From the human T2T-CHM13v2.0 reference genome, Homo sapiens, in the NCBI GenBank assembly GCA_009914755.4, contig CP086569.2, positions 21,088,001 to 21,152,000 of the forward strand: DNA of 64,000 nucleotides, read 5' to 3'. This document shows positions 1 to 13,409 of the stretch, one piece after another. The notes beneath the pieces were generated by a model. It was not told the DNA's origin, did not search any database, and was given only the letters and a program-made list of their open reading frames with translations. The position numbers and the translations under genes are program-made. The number at the start of each line of letters is the position of its first letter. Position 1 is the first letter of the stretch.

Positions 1-106
1 CTTCTGGCAGGTTCATGGTCTTGCTCACTTCAAGAATGAAGCTGCAGTCCTTTACGGTGAGTGTTACATCATTTAAAGGTGTTATGTCCAGAGTTATTTA
101 CATCAG

Positions 107-3100
107 ATGTGTCTAATTTTCCTTCCTTCTGGGAGGTTCATGGACTTGCTCATTTCAAGAATGAAGCTGCAGACCTTAGTGGTGAGTTTTACAGCACTTA
201 AAGCTGTTATGTCCAGAGTTTGTTCCTTCAGATGTGTCCAGAGTTTCTTCCTTCTCCAGGTTCATGGTCTTGCTCACTTCAAGAATGAAGCTGCAGACCT
301 TAGTGGTGAGCGTTACAGCATTTAAGTTTTTATGTCCAGAGTTTGTTCCTTCAGATAAGTCCAGAGTTTCTTCCTTCTGGCAGGTTCATGGTCTTGCTCA
401 CTTCAAGAATGAAGCTGCGGACCTTAGTGGTGAGCGTTACAGCACTTAAGTTTTTATGTCCAGAGTTTGTTCCTTCAGATAAGTCCAGAGATTCTTCCTT
501 CCGGCAGGTCCATGGTCTTGCTCACTTCAAGAATGAAACTGCAGACCCTTACGGTGAATGTTACAGCACTTAAAATTGTTATGTCTAGAGTTTCTTCCTT
601 CATATGTGTCCAGTTTCTTCCTTCTGGAAGGTTCATGGTCTTGCTCACTTCAAGAATGAACCTGTAGACCTTTACGGTGAGTGTTACAGCACTGAAAGAT
701 GTTATTTCCAGAGTTTGTTCCTTCAGATGTGTCCAGAGTTTCTTCCTTCTGGCAGGCTCATGGTCTTGCTCACTTCAAGAAAGAAGCTGCAGAACTTAGT
801 GGTGAGTTTTGCAGCACTTAAAGGTGTTATGTCCAGAGTTTGTTCCTTCAGATGTGTCCAGAGTTTCTTCCTTCTGGCAGGTTCATGGTCTTGCTCACTT
901 CAAGAATGAAGCTGTAGACCTTAGTGGTGTGTGTTACAACACTTAAAGATGTTATTTACAGAGTTTGTTCCTTCAGATGTGTCCAGAGTTTCTTCCTTCT
1001 GGCAGGTTCATGGTCTTGCTCACTTCAAGAATGAAGATGCAGACCTTTACGGTGAGTGTTACAGCACATAAAGGTGTTATGTCCAGAGATTGTTCCTTCA
1101 GATGTGTCCAGAGTTTCTTCCTTCTGGCAGGTTCATGGTCTTGCTCACTTCAAGAATGAAGCTGCAGTCCTTTACGGTGAGTGTTACATCATTTAAAGGT
1201 GTTATATCCAGAGTTTTTTACATCAGACGTGTCTAGATTTCCTTCCTTCTGGGAGGTTCACGGACTTGCTCATTTCAAGAATGAAGCTGCAGACCTTAGT
1301 GGTGAGTTTTACAGCACTTAAAGCTGTTATGTCCAGAGTTTGTTCCTTCAGATGTGTCCAGAGTTTCTTCCTTCTCCAGGTTCATGGTCTTGCTCACTTC
1401 AAGAATGAAGCTGCAGACCTTAGTGGTGAGCGTTACAGCAGTTAAGTTTTTATGTCTAGAGTTTGTTCCTTCAGATAAGTCCAGAGTTTCGTCCTTCTGG
1501 CAGGTTCATGGTCTTGCTCACTTGAAGAATGAAGCTGCGGACCCTAGTGGTGAGCGTTACAGCACTTAAGTTTTTATGTCCAGAGTTTGTTCCTTCAGAT
1601 AAGTCCAGAGTTTCTTCCTTCTGGCAGGTTCATGGTCTTGCTCACTTCAAGAATGAAGCTGCAGACCTTAGTGGTGAGCGTTACAGCAGTTATGTTTTTA
1701 TGTCCAGAGTTTGTTCCTTCAGATAAGTCCAGACTTTCTTCCTTCTGGCAGGTTCATGGTCTTGCTCACTTCAAGAATGAAGCTGCAGACCTTTACGGTG
1801 AGTGTTACAGCACTTAAAGTGTTATGTCCAGAGTTTGTTCCTTCAGAAGTGTCCAGAGTTTCTTCCTTCTGACAAGTTCATGGTCTTGCTCACTTCAAGA
1901 ATGAAGCTGCAGACCTTTACGGTGAGTGTTACAGCATTAATGGTGTTATGTACAGAGTTTGTTCCTTCAGATGTGTGCAGAGTTTCTTCCTTCTGGCAGG
2001 TTCATGGTATTGCTCACTTCAAGAATGAAGCTGCAGACCTTAGTGGTGAGTGTTACAGCACTTAAAGTTGTTATGTCCAGGGTTTGTTCCTTCAGATGTG
2101 TACAGAGTTTCTTCCCTCTGGCTGGTTCTTGGTCTTGCTCACTTCAAGAATGAAGCTGCAGACCTTTACGGTGAGTGTTACAGCATTTAATGGAGTTATG
2201 TCCAGAGTTTCTTACATCAGATGTGTCTAGAGCTCCTTCCTTCTGGGAGGTTCATGGACTTGCTCATTTCAAGAATGAAGCTGAAGTCCTTAGTGGTGAG
2301 TATTACAACACTTAAAGGTGTTAGGTCCAGAGTTTGTTCCTTCAGATGTGTCCAGAGTTTCTTCCTTCTGGCAGGTTCATGGTCTTGCTCACTTCAAGAA
2401 TGAAGCTGCAGACCTTAGTGCTGAGCGTTACAGCACTTAAGTTTTTATGTCCAGAGTTTGTTCCTTCAGATAAGTCCAGAGATTCTTCCTTCTGGCAGGT
2501 CCATGGTCTTGCTCACTTCAAGAATGAAACTGCAGACCCTTACGGTGAGTGTTACAGCACTTAAAATTGTTATGTCTAGAGTTTGTTCTTTCATATGTGT
2601 CCAGTTTCTTCCTTCTGGAAGGTTCATGGTCTTGCTCACTTCAAGAATGAAACTGTAGACCTTTACGGTGAGTGTTACAGCACTGAAAGATGTTATTTCC
2701 AGAGTTTGTTCCTTCAGATGTGTCCAGAGTTTCTTCCTTCTGTCAGGTTCATGGTCTTGCTCACTTCAAGAATGAAGCTGCAGAACTTAGTGGTGAGTTT
2801 TACAGCACTTAAAGGTGTTATATCCAGAGTTTGTTCCTTCAGATGTGTCCAGAGTTTCTTCCTTCTGGCAGGTTCATGGTCTTGCTCACTTCAAGAATGA
2901 AGCTGCAGACCTTAGTGGTGAGTGTTACAACAATTAAAGATGTTATTTACAGAGTTTGTTCCTTCAGATGTGTCCAGAGTTTCTTCCTTCTGGCAGGTTC
3001 ATGGTCTTGCTCACTTCAAGAATGAAGATGCAGACCTTTACGGTGAGTGTTACAGCACATAAAGGTGTTATGTCCAGAGTTTGTTCCTTCAGATGTGTCC

Positions 3101-3217
3101 AGAGTTTCTTCCTTCTGGCAGGTTCATGGTCTTGCTCACTTCAAGAATGAAGCTGCAGTCCTTTACGGTGAGTGTTACATCATTTAAAGGTGTTATGTCC
3201 AGAGTTATTTACATCAG
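107..3217 (+). repeat. Domain I HOR copy 1, 3111 bp, 25 monomers. It is built from three sub-blocks of 9, 8 and 8 monomers, each opening with a D-type monomer at 107, ~1225 and ~2219.
   Basis: D-type monomers (gggaggttca[tc]ggacttgctcatttcaag) sit at 107, 1228, 2221 and 3218. The sequence after 3218 re-matches the sequence after 107 nearly base-for-base. Confidence 0.85.
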
Positions 3218-6200
3218 ATGTGTCTAATTTTCCTTCCTTCTGGGAGGTTCATGGACTTGCTCATTTCAAGAATGAAGCTGCAGACCTTAGTGGTGAGTTT
3301 TACAGCACTTAAAGCTGTTATGTCCAGAGTTTGTTCCTTCAGATGTGTCCAGAGTTTCTTCCTTCTCCAGGTTCATGGTCTTGCTCACTTCAAGAATGAA
3401 GCTGCAGACCTTAGTGGTGAGCGTTACAGCATTTAAGTTTTTATGTCCAGAGTTTGTTCCTTCAGATAAGTCCAGAGTTTCTTCCTTCTGGCAGGTTCAT
3501 GGTCTTGCTCACTTCAAGAATGAAGCTGCGGACCTTAGTGGTGAGCGTTACAGCACTTAAGTTTTTATGTCCAGAATTTGTTCCTTCAGATAAGTCCAGA
3601 GATTCTTCCTTCCGGCAGGTCCATGGTCTTGCTCACTTCAAGAATGAAACTGCAGACCCTTACGGTGAATGTTACAGCACTTAAAATTGTTATGTCTAGA
3701 GTTTCTTCCTTCATATGTGTCCAGTTTCTTCCTTCTGGAAGGTTCATGGTCTTGCTCACTTCAAGAATGAACCTGTAGACCTTTACGGTGAGTGTTACAG
3801 CACTGAAAGATGTTATTTCCAGAGTTTGTTCCTTCAGATGTGTCCAGAGTTTCTTCCTTCTGGCAGGCTCATGGTCTTGCTCACTTCAAGAAAGAAGCTG
3901 CAGAACTTAGTGGTGAGTTTTGCAGCACTTAAAGGTGTTATGTCCAGAGTTTGTTCCTTCAGATGTGTCCAGAGTTTCTTCCTTCTGGCAGGTTCATGGT
4001 CTTGCTCACTTCAAGAATGAAGCTGTAGACCTTAGTGGTGTGTGTTACAACACTTAAAGATGTTATTTACAGAGTTTGTTCCTTCAGATGTGTCCAGAGT
4101 TTCTTCCTTCTGGCAGGTTCATGGTCTTGCTCACTTCAAGAATGAAGATGCAGACCTTTACGGTGAGTGTTACAGCACATAAAGGTGTTATGTCCAGAGA
4201 TTGTTCCTTCAGATGTGTCCAGAGTTTCTTCCTTCTGGCAGGTTCATGGTCTTGCTCACTTCAAGAATGAAGCTGCAGTCCTTTACGGTGAGTGTTACAT
4301 CATTTAAAGGTGTTATATCCAGAGTTTTTTACATCAGACGTGTCTAGATTTCCTTCCTTCTGGGAGGTTCACGGACTTGCTCATTTCAAGAATGAAGCTG
4401 CAGACCTTAGTGGTGAGTTTTACAGCACTTAAAGCTGTTATGTCCAGAGTTTGTTCCTTCAGATGTGTCCAGAGTTTCTTCCTTCTCCAGGTTCATGGTC
4501 TTGCTCACTTCAAGAATGAAGCTGCAGACCTTAGTGGTGAGCGTTACAGCAGTTAAGTTTTTATGTCTAGAGTTTGTTCCTTCAGATAAGTCCAGAGTTT
4601 CGTCCTTCTGGCAGGTTCATGGTCTTGCTCACTTGAAGAATGAAGCTGCGGACCCTAGTGGTGAGCGTTACAGCACTTAAGTTTTTATGTCCAGAGTTTG
4701 TTCCTTCAGATAAGTCCAGAGTTTCTTCCTTCTGGCAGGTTCATGGTCTTGCTCACTTCAAGAATGAAGCTGCAGACCTTAGTGGTGAGCGTTACAGCAG
4801 TTATGTTTTTATGTCCAGAGTTTGTTCCTTCAGATAAGTCCAGACTTTCTTCCTTCTGGCAGGTTCATGGTCTTGCTCACTTCAAGAATGAAGCTGCAGA
4901 CCTTTACGGTGAGTGTTACAGCACTTAAAGTGTTATGTCCAGAGTTTGTTCCTTCAGAAGTGTCCAGAGTTTCTTCCTTCTGACAAGTTCATGGTCTTGC
5001 TCACTTCAAGAATGAAGCTGCAGACCTTTACGGTGAGTGTTACAGCATTAATGGTGTTATGTACAGAGTTTGTTCCTTCAGATGTGTGCAGAGTTTCTTC
5101 CTTCTGGCAGGTTCATGGTATTGCTCACTTCAAGAATGAAGCTGCAGACCTTAGTGGTGAGTGTTACAGCACTTGAAGTTGTTATGTCCAGGGTTTGTTC
5201 CTTCAGATGTGTACAGAGTTTCTTCCCTCTGGCTGGTTCTTGGTCTTGCTCACTTCAAGAATGAAGCTGCAGACCTTTACGGTGAGTGTTACAGCATTTA
5301 ATGGAGTTATGTCCAGAGTTTCTTACATCAGATGTGTCTAGAGCTCCTTCCTTCTGGGAGGTTCATGGACTTGCTCATTTCAAGAATGAAGCTGAAGACC
5401 TTAGTGGTGAGTTTTACAGCACTTAAAGGTGTTAGGTCCAGAGTTTGTTCCTTCAGATGTGTCCAGAGTTTCTTCCTTCTGGCAGGTTCATGGTGTTGCT
5501 CACTTCAAGAATGAAGCTGCAGACCTTAGTGGTGAGCGTTACAGCACTGAAGTTTTTATGTCCAGGGTTTGTTCCTTCAGATAAGTCCAGAGTTTCTTCC
5601 TTCTTGCAGGTTCATGGTCTTGCTCACTTCAAGAATGAAGCTGCAGAACTTAGTGGTGAGTTTTACAGCACATAAAGGTGTTATGTCCAGAGTTTGTTCC
5701 TTCAGATGTGTCCAGATTTTCTTCCTTCTGGCAGGTTCATGGTCTTGCTCACTTCAAGAATGACGCGGCAGACCTTTACGGTGAGTGTTACAGCATTTAA
5801 AAGTGTTATGTCCAGAGTTTGTTCCTTCAGATGTGTCCACTTTCTTCCTTCTGGCAGGTTCATGGTCTTGCTCACTTCAAGAATGAAACTGTAGACCTTT
5901 ACGGTGAGTGTTACAGCAATGAATGATGCTATGTCCAGAGTTCGTTCCTTCAGATGTGTCCAGAGTTTCTTCCTTCTGGCAGGTTCATGGTCTTGCTCAC
6001 TTCAAGAATGAAGCTGCAGTCCTTTACGGTGAGTGTTACAGCATTTAAAGGTGTTATGTCCAGAGTTTGTTCCTTCAGATGTGTCCAGAGTTTCCTCCTT
6101 CTGGCAGGTTCATGGTCTTGCTCACTTCAAGAATGAAGCTGCAGACCTTAGTGGTGAGTGTTACAGCACTTAAATTTGTTATGTCCAGAGTTTGTTCCTT

Positions 6201-7325
6201 CAGATGTGTCCAGAGTTTCTTCCCTCTGGCTGGTTCTTGGTCTTGCTCACTTCAAGAATGAAGCTGCATACCTTTACGGTGAGTGTTACAGCATTTAATG
6301 GAGTTATGTCCAGAGTTTGTTACATCAGATGTGTCTAGAGCTCCTTCCTTCTGGGAGGTTCATGGACTTGCTCATTTCAAGAATGAAGCTGAAGTCCTTA
6401 GTGGTGAGTTTTACAACACTTAAAGGTGTTAGGTCCAGAGTTTGTTCCTTCAGATGTGTCCAGAGTTTCTTCCTTCTGGCAGGTTCATGGTCTTGCTCAC
6501 TTCAAGAATGAAGCTGCAGACCTTAGTGCTGAGCGTTACAGCACTTAAGTTTTTATGTCCAGAGTTTGTTCCTTCAGATAAGTCCTGAGATTCTTCCTTC
6601 TGGCAGGTCCATGGTCTTGCTCACTTCAAGAATGAAACTGCAGACCCTTACGGTGAGTGTTACAGCACTTAAAATTGTTATGTCTAGAGTTTGTTCTTTC
6701 ATATGTGTCCAGTTTCTTCCTTCTGGAAGGTTCATGGTCTTGCTCACTTCAAGAATGAAACTGTAGACCTTTACGGTGAGTGTTACAGCACTGAAAGATG
6801 TTATTTCCAGAGTTTGTTCCTTCAGATGTGTCCAGAGTTTCTTCCTTCTGTCAGGTTCATGGTCTTGCTCACTTCAAGAAAGAAGCTGCAGAACTTAGTG
6901 GTGAGTTTTACAGCACTTAAAGGTGTTATATCCAGAGTTTGTTCCTTCAGATGTGTCCAGAGTTTCTTCCTTCTGGCAGGTTCATGGTCTTGCTCACTTC
7001 AAGAATGAAGCTGCAGACCTTAGTGGTGAGTGTTACAACACTTAAAGATGTTATTTACAGAGTTTGTTCCTTCAGATGTGTCCAGAGTTTCTTCCTTCTG
7101 GCAGGTTCATGGTCTTGCTCACTTCAAGAATGAAGATGCAGACCTTTACGGTGAGTGTTACAGCACATAAAGGTGTTATGTCCAGAGTTTGTTCCTTCAG
7201 ATGTGTCCAGAGTTTCTTCCTTCTGGCAGGTTCATGGTCTTGCTCACTTCAAGAATGAAGCTGCAGTCCTTTACGGTGAGTGTTACATCATTTAAAGGTG
7301 TTATGTCCAGAGTTTTTTACATCAG
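3218..7325 (+). repeat. Domain I HOR copy 2, 4108 bp, 33 monomers. Same as copy 1 plus an extra ~8-monomer sub-block at ~5330-6323.
   Basis: Offset of 3111 holds from 3218 to ~5440 (ORFs 4465, 4640, 4698, 4913, 5070, 5332 equal copy 1). ORFs 5445-6317 have no counterpart in copy 1 but recur at 9678-10300 (offset 4233). 6566-7258 equals 2458-3150 at offset 4108. Confidence 0.8.
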
Positions 7326-10300
7326 ATGTGTCTAATTTTCCTTCCTTCTGGGAGGTTCATGGACTTGCTCATTTCAAGAATGAAGTTGCAGACCTTAGTG
7401 GTGAGTTTTACAGCACTTAAAGCTGTTATGTCCAGAGTTTGTTCCTTCAGATGTGTCCAGAGTTTCTTCCTTCTCCAGGTTCATGGTCTTGCTCACTTCA
7501 AGAATGAAGCTGCAGACCTTGGTGGTGAGCGTTACAGCACTTAAGTTTTTATGTCCAGAGTTTGTTCCTTCAGATAAGTCCAGAGTTTCTTCCTTCTGGC
7601 AGGTTCATGGTCTTGCTCACTTCAAGAATGAAGCTGCGGACCTTAGTGGTGAGCGTTACAGCACTTAAGTTTTTATGTCCAGAGTTTGTTCCTTCAGATA
7701 AGTCCAGAGTTTCTTCCTTGTGGCAGGTTCATGGTCTTGCTCACTTCAAGAATGAAGCTGCAGACCTTAGTGGTGAGCGTTACAGCACTTAAGTTTTTAT
7801 GTCCAGAGTTTGTTCCTTCAGATAAGTCCAGAGATTCTTCCTTCTGGCAGGTCCATGGTCTTGCTCACTTCAAGAATGAAACTGCAGACCCTTACGGTGA
7901 ATGTTACAGCACTTAAAATTGTTATGTCTAGAGTTTCTTCCTTCATATGTGTCCAGTTTCTTCCTTCTGGAAGGTTCATGGTCTTGCTCACTTCAAGAAT
8001 GAACCTGTAGACCTTTACGGTGAGTGTTACAGCACTGAAAGATGTTATTTCCAGAGTTTGTTCCTTCAGATGTGTCCAGAGTTTCTTCCTTCTGGCAGGC
8101 TCATGGTCTTGCTCACTTCAAGAAAGAAGCTGCAGAACTTAATGGTGAGTTTTGCAGCACTTAAAGGTGTTATGTCCAGAGTTTGTTCCTTCAGATGTGT
8201 CCAGAGTTTCTTCCTTCTGGCAGGTTCATGGTCTTGCTCACTTCAAGAATGAAGCTGCAGACCTTAGTGGTGTGTGTTACAACACTTAAAGATGTTATTT
8301 ACAGAGTTTGTTCCTTCAGATGTGTCCAGAGTTTCTTCCTTCTGGCAGGTTCATGGTCTTGCTCACTTCAAGAATGAAGATGCAGACCTTTACGGTGAGT
8401 GTTACAGCACATAAAGGTGTTATGTCCAGAGATTGTTCCTTCAGATGTGTCCAGAGTTTCTTCCTTCTGGCAGGTTCATGGTCTTGCTCACTTCAAGAAT
8501 GAAGCTGCAGTCCTTTACGGTGAGTGTTACATCATTTAAAGGTGTTATATCCAGAGTTTTTTACATCAGACGTGTCTAGATTTCCTTCCTTCTGGGAGGT
8601 TCACGGACTTGCTAATTTCAAGAATGAAGCTGCAGACCTTAGTGGTGAGTTTTACAGCACTTAAAGCTGTTATGTCCAGAGTTTGTTCCTTCAGATGTGT
8701 CCAGAGTTTCTTCCTTCTCCAGGTTCATGGTCTTGCTCACTTCAAGAATGAAGCTGCAGACCTTAGTGGTGAGCGTTACAGCAGTTAAGTTTTTATGTCC
8801 AGAGTTTGTTCCTTCAGATAAGTCCAGAGTTTCGTCCTTCTGGCAGGTTCATGGTCTTGCTCACTTGAAGAATGAAGCTGCGGACCCTAGTTGTGAGCGT
8901 TACAGCACTTAAGTTTTTATGTCCAGAGTTTGTTCCTTCAGATAAGTCCAGAGTTTCTTCCTTCTGGCAGGTTCATGGTCTTGCTCACTTCAAGAATGAA
9001 GCTGCAGACCTTAGTGGTGAGCGTTACAGCAGTTAAGTTTTTATGTCCAGAGTTTGTTCCTTCAGATAAGTCCAGACTTTCTTCCTTCTGGCAGGTTCAT
9101 GGTCTTGCTCACTTCAAGAATGAAGCTGCAGACCTTTACGGTGAGTGTTACAGCACTTAAAAGTGTTATGTCCAGAGTTTGTTCCTTCAGAAGTGTCCAG
9201 AGTTTCTTCCTTCTGACAAGTTCATGGTCTTGCTCACTTCAAGAATGAAGCTGCAGACCTTTACGGTGAGTGTTACAGCATTAATGGTGTTATGTACAGA
9301 GTTTGTTCCTTCAGATGTGTGCAGAGTTTCTTCCTTCTGGCAGGTTCATGGTATTGCTCACTTCAAGAATGAAGCTGCAGACCTTAGTGGTGAGTGTTAC
9401 AGCACTTAAAGTTGTTATGTCCAGGGTTTGTTCCTTCAGATGTGTACAGAGTTTCTTCCCTCTGGCTGGTTCTTGGTCTTGCTCACTTCAAGAATGAAGC
9501 TGCAGACCTTTACGGTGAGTGTTACAGCATTTAATGGAGTTATGTCCAGAGTTTCTTACATCAGATGTGTCTAGAGCTCCTTCCTTCTGGGAGGTTCATG
9601 GACTTGCTCATTTCAAGAATGAAGCTGAAGACCTTAGTGGTGAGTTTTACAGCACTTAAAGGTGTTAGGTCCAGAGTTTGTTCCTTCAGATGTGTCCAGA
9701 GTTTCTTCCTTCTGGCAGGTTCATGGTGTTGCTCACTTCAAGAATGAAGCTGCAGACCTTAGTGGTGAGCGTTACAGCACTGAAGTTTTTATGTCCAGGG
9801 TTTGTTCCTTCAGATAAGTCCAGAGTTTCTTCCTTCTTGCAGGTTCATGGTCTTGCTCACTTCAAGAATGAAGCTGCAGAACTTAGTGGTGAGTTTTACA
9901 GCACATAAAGGTGTTATGTCCAGAGTTTGTTCCTTCAGATGTGTCCAGATTTTCTTCCTTCTGGCAGGTTCATGGTCTTGCTCACTTCAAGAATGACGCG
10001 GCAGACCTTTAGGGTGAGTGTTACAGCATTTAAAGGTGTTATGTCCAGAGTTTGTTCCTTCAGATGTGTCCACTTTCTTCCTTCTGGCAGGTTCATGGTC
10101 TTGCTCACTTCAAGAATGAAACTGTAGACCTTTACGGTGAGTGTTACAGTAACGAAAGATGCTATGTCCAGAGTTTGTTCCTTCAGATGTGTCCAGAGTT
10201 TCTTCCTTCTGGCAGGTTCATGGTCTTGCTCACTTCAAGAATGAAGCTGCAGACCTTTACGGTGAGTGTTACAGCATTTAAAGTTGATATGTCCAGAGTT

Positions 10301-10933
10301 TGTTCCTTCAGATGTGTCCAGAGTTTCCTCCTTCTGGCAGGTTCACGGTCTTGCTCACTTCAAGAATGAAGCTGCAGACCTTAGTGGTGAGCGTTACAGC
10401 ACTTAAGTTTTTATGTCCAGAGTTTGTTCCTTCAGATAAGTCCAGAGATTCTTCCTTCTGGCAGGTCCATGGTCTTGCTCACTTCAAGAATGAAACTGCA
10501 GACCCTTACGGTGAGTGTTACAGCACTTAAAATTGTTATGTCTAGAGTTTGTTCCTTCATATGTGTCCAGTTTCTTCCTTCTGGAAGGTTCATGGTCTTG
10601 CTCACTTCAAGAATGAAACTGTAGACCTTTACGGTGAGTGTTACAGCACTGAAAGATGTTATTTCCAGAGTTTGTTCCTTCAGATGTGTCCAGAGTTTCT
10701 TCCTTCTGGCAGGTTCATGGTCTTGCTCACTTCAAGAATGAAGCTGCAGACCTTTACGGTGAGTGTTACAGCACATAAAGGTGTTATGTCCACAGTTTGT
10801 TCCTTCAGATGTGTCCAGAGTTTCTTCCTTCTGGCAGGTTCATGGTCTTGCTCACTTCAAGAATGAAGCTGCAGTCCTTTACGGTGAGTGTTACATCATT
10901 TAAAGGTGTTATGTCCAGAGTTTTTTACATCAG
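7326..10933 (+). repeat. Domain I HOR copy 3, 3608 bp, 29 monomers. First sub-block has one extra K-type monomer; last sub-block is a recombinant of the 5330-type and 2219-type sub-blocks.
   Basis: D-type monomers at 7326, ~8576, 9565 and 10934. 9678/9802/9927/10300 match 5445/5569/5694/6067. 10424/10549 match 6566/6691. Confidence 0.75.
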
Positions 10934-13173
10934 ATGTGTCTAATATTCCTTCCTTCTGGGAGGTTCGTGGACTTGCTCATTTCAAGAATGAAGCTGCAGA
11001 CCTTAGTGGTGAGTTTTACAGCACTTAAAGCTGTTATGTCCAGAGTTTGTTCCTTCAGATGTGTCCAGAGTTTCTTCCTTCTCCAGGTTCATGGTCTTGC
11101 TCACTTCAAGAATGAAGCTGCAGACCTTAGTGGTGAGCGTTACAGCACTTAAGTTTTTATGTCCAGAGTTTGTTCCTTCAGATAAGTCCAGAGTTTCTTC
11201 CTTGTGGCAGGTTCATGGTCTTGCTCACTTCAAGAATGAAGCTGCAGACCTTAGTGGTGAGCGTTACAGCACTTAAGTTTTTATGTCCACAGTTTGTTCC
11301 TTCAGATATGTCCAGAAATTCTTCCTTCTGGCAGGTCCATGGTCTTGCTCACTTCAAGAATGAAACTGCAGACCCTTACGGTGAATGTTACAGCACTTAA
11401 AATTGTTATGTCTAGAGTTTCTTCCTTCATATGTGTCCAGTTTCTTCCTTCTGGAAGGTTCATGGTCTTGCTCACTTCAAGAATGAAACTGTAGACCTTT
11501 ACGGTGAGTGTTACAGCACTGAAAGATGTTATTTCCAGGGTTTGTTCCTTCAGATGTGTCCAGAGTTTCTTCCTTCTGGCAGGCTCATGGTCTTGCTCAC
11601 TTCAAGAAAGAAGCTGCAGAACTTAGTGGTGAGTTTTGCAGCACTTAAAGGTGTTATGTCCAGAGTTTGTTCCTTCCGATGTGTCCAGAGTTTCTTTCTT
11701 CTGGCAGGTTCATGGTCTTGCTCACTTCAAGAATGAAGCTGCAGACCTTAGTGGTGAGTGTTACAACACTTAAAGATGTTATTTACAGAGTTTGTTCCTT
11801 CACATGTGTACAGAGTTTCTTCCTTCTGGCAGGTTCATGGTCTTGCTCACTTCAAGAATGAAGCTGCAGACCTTTACGGTGAGTGTTACAGCACATAAAG
11901 GTGTTATGTCCAGAGTTTGTTCCTTCAGATGTGTCCAGAGTTTCTTCCTTCTGGCAGGTTCATGGTCTTGCTCACTTCAAGAATGAAGCTGCAGTCCTTT
12001 ACGGTGAGTGTTACATCATTTAAAGGTGTTATGTCCAGAGTTTTTTACATCAGATGTGTCTAATATTCCTTCCTTCTGGGAGGTTCATGGACTTGCTCAT
12101 TTCAAGAATGAAGCTGCAGACCTTAGTGGTGAGTTTTACAGCACTTAAAGCTGTTATGTCCAGAGTTTGTTCCTTCAGATGTGTCCAGAGTTTCTTCCTT
12201 CTCCAGGTTCATGGTCTTGCTCACTTCAAGAATGAAGCTGCAGACCTTAGTGGTGAGCGTTACAGCACTTAAGTTTTTATGTCCAGAGTTTGTTCCTTCA
12301 GATAAGTCCAGAGTTTCTTCCTTGTGGCAGGTTCATGGTCTTGCTCACTTCAAGAATGAAGCTGCAGACCTTAGTGGTGAGCGTTACAGCACTTAAGTTT
12401 TTATGTCCACAGTTTCTTCCTTCAGATAAGTCCAGAGATTCTTCCTTCTGGCAGGTCCATGGTCTTGCTCACTTCAAGAATGAAACTGCAGACCCTTACG
12501 GTGAATGTTACAGCACTTAAAATTGTTATGTCTAGAGTTTCTTCCTTCATATGTGTCCAGTTTCTTCCTTCTGGAAGGTTCATGGTCTTGCTCACTTCAA
12601 GAATGAAACTGTAGACCTTTACGGTGAGTGTTACAGCACTGAAAGATGTTATTTCCAGGGTTTGTTCCTTCAGATGTGTCCAGAGTTTCTTCCTTCTGGC
12701 AGGCTCATGGTCTTGCTCACTTCAAGAAAGAAGCTGCAGAACTTAGTGGTGAGTTTTGCAGCACTTAAAGGTGTTATGTCCAGAGTTTGTTCCTTCAGAT
12801 GTGTCCAGAGTTTCTTCCTTCTGGCAGGTTCATGGTCTTGCTCATTTCAAGAATGAAGCTGCAGACCTTAGTGGTGAGTGTTACAACACTTAAAGACGTT
12901 ATTTACAGAGTTTGTTCCTTCAGATGTGTCCAGAGTTTCTTCCTTCTGGCAGGTTCATGGTCTTGCTCACTTCAAGAATGAAGATGCAGACCTTTACGGT
13001 GAGTGTTACAGCACATAAAGGTGTTATGTCCAGAGATTGTTCCTTCAGATGTGTCCAGAGTTTCTTCCTTCTGGCAGGTTCATAGTCTTGTTCACTTCAA
13101 GAATGAAGCTGCAGTCCTTTACGGTGAGTGTTACATCATTTAAAGGTGTTATATCCAGAGTTTTTTACATCAG
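10934..13173 (+). repeat. Two consecutive 1120-bp (9-monomer) units, 10934-12053 and 12054-13173, each equal to the first sub-block of the larger HOR.
   Basis: ORFs 10934/12054, 11061/12181, 11431/12551 are identical or differ by 1 aa. The monomer-type order D-x-K-K-H-x-x-x-x is the same as at 107-1224. Confidence 0.85.
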
Positions 13174-13409
13174 ATGTGTCTAGATTTCCTTCCTTCTGGG
13201 AGGTTCACGGACTTGCTCATTTCAAGAATGAAGCTGCAGACCTTAGTGGTGAGTTTTACAGCACTTAAAGCTGTTATGTCCAGAGTTTGTTCCTTCAGAT
13301 GTGTCCAGAGTTTCTTCCTTCTCCAGGTTCATGGTCTTGCTCACTTCAAGAATGAAGCTGCAGACCTTAGTGGTGAGCGTTACAGCAGTTAAGTTTTTAT
13401 GTCCAGAGT

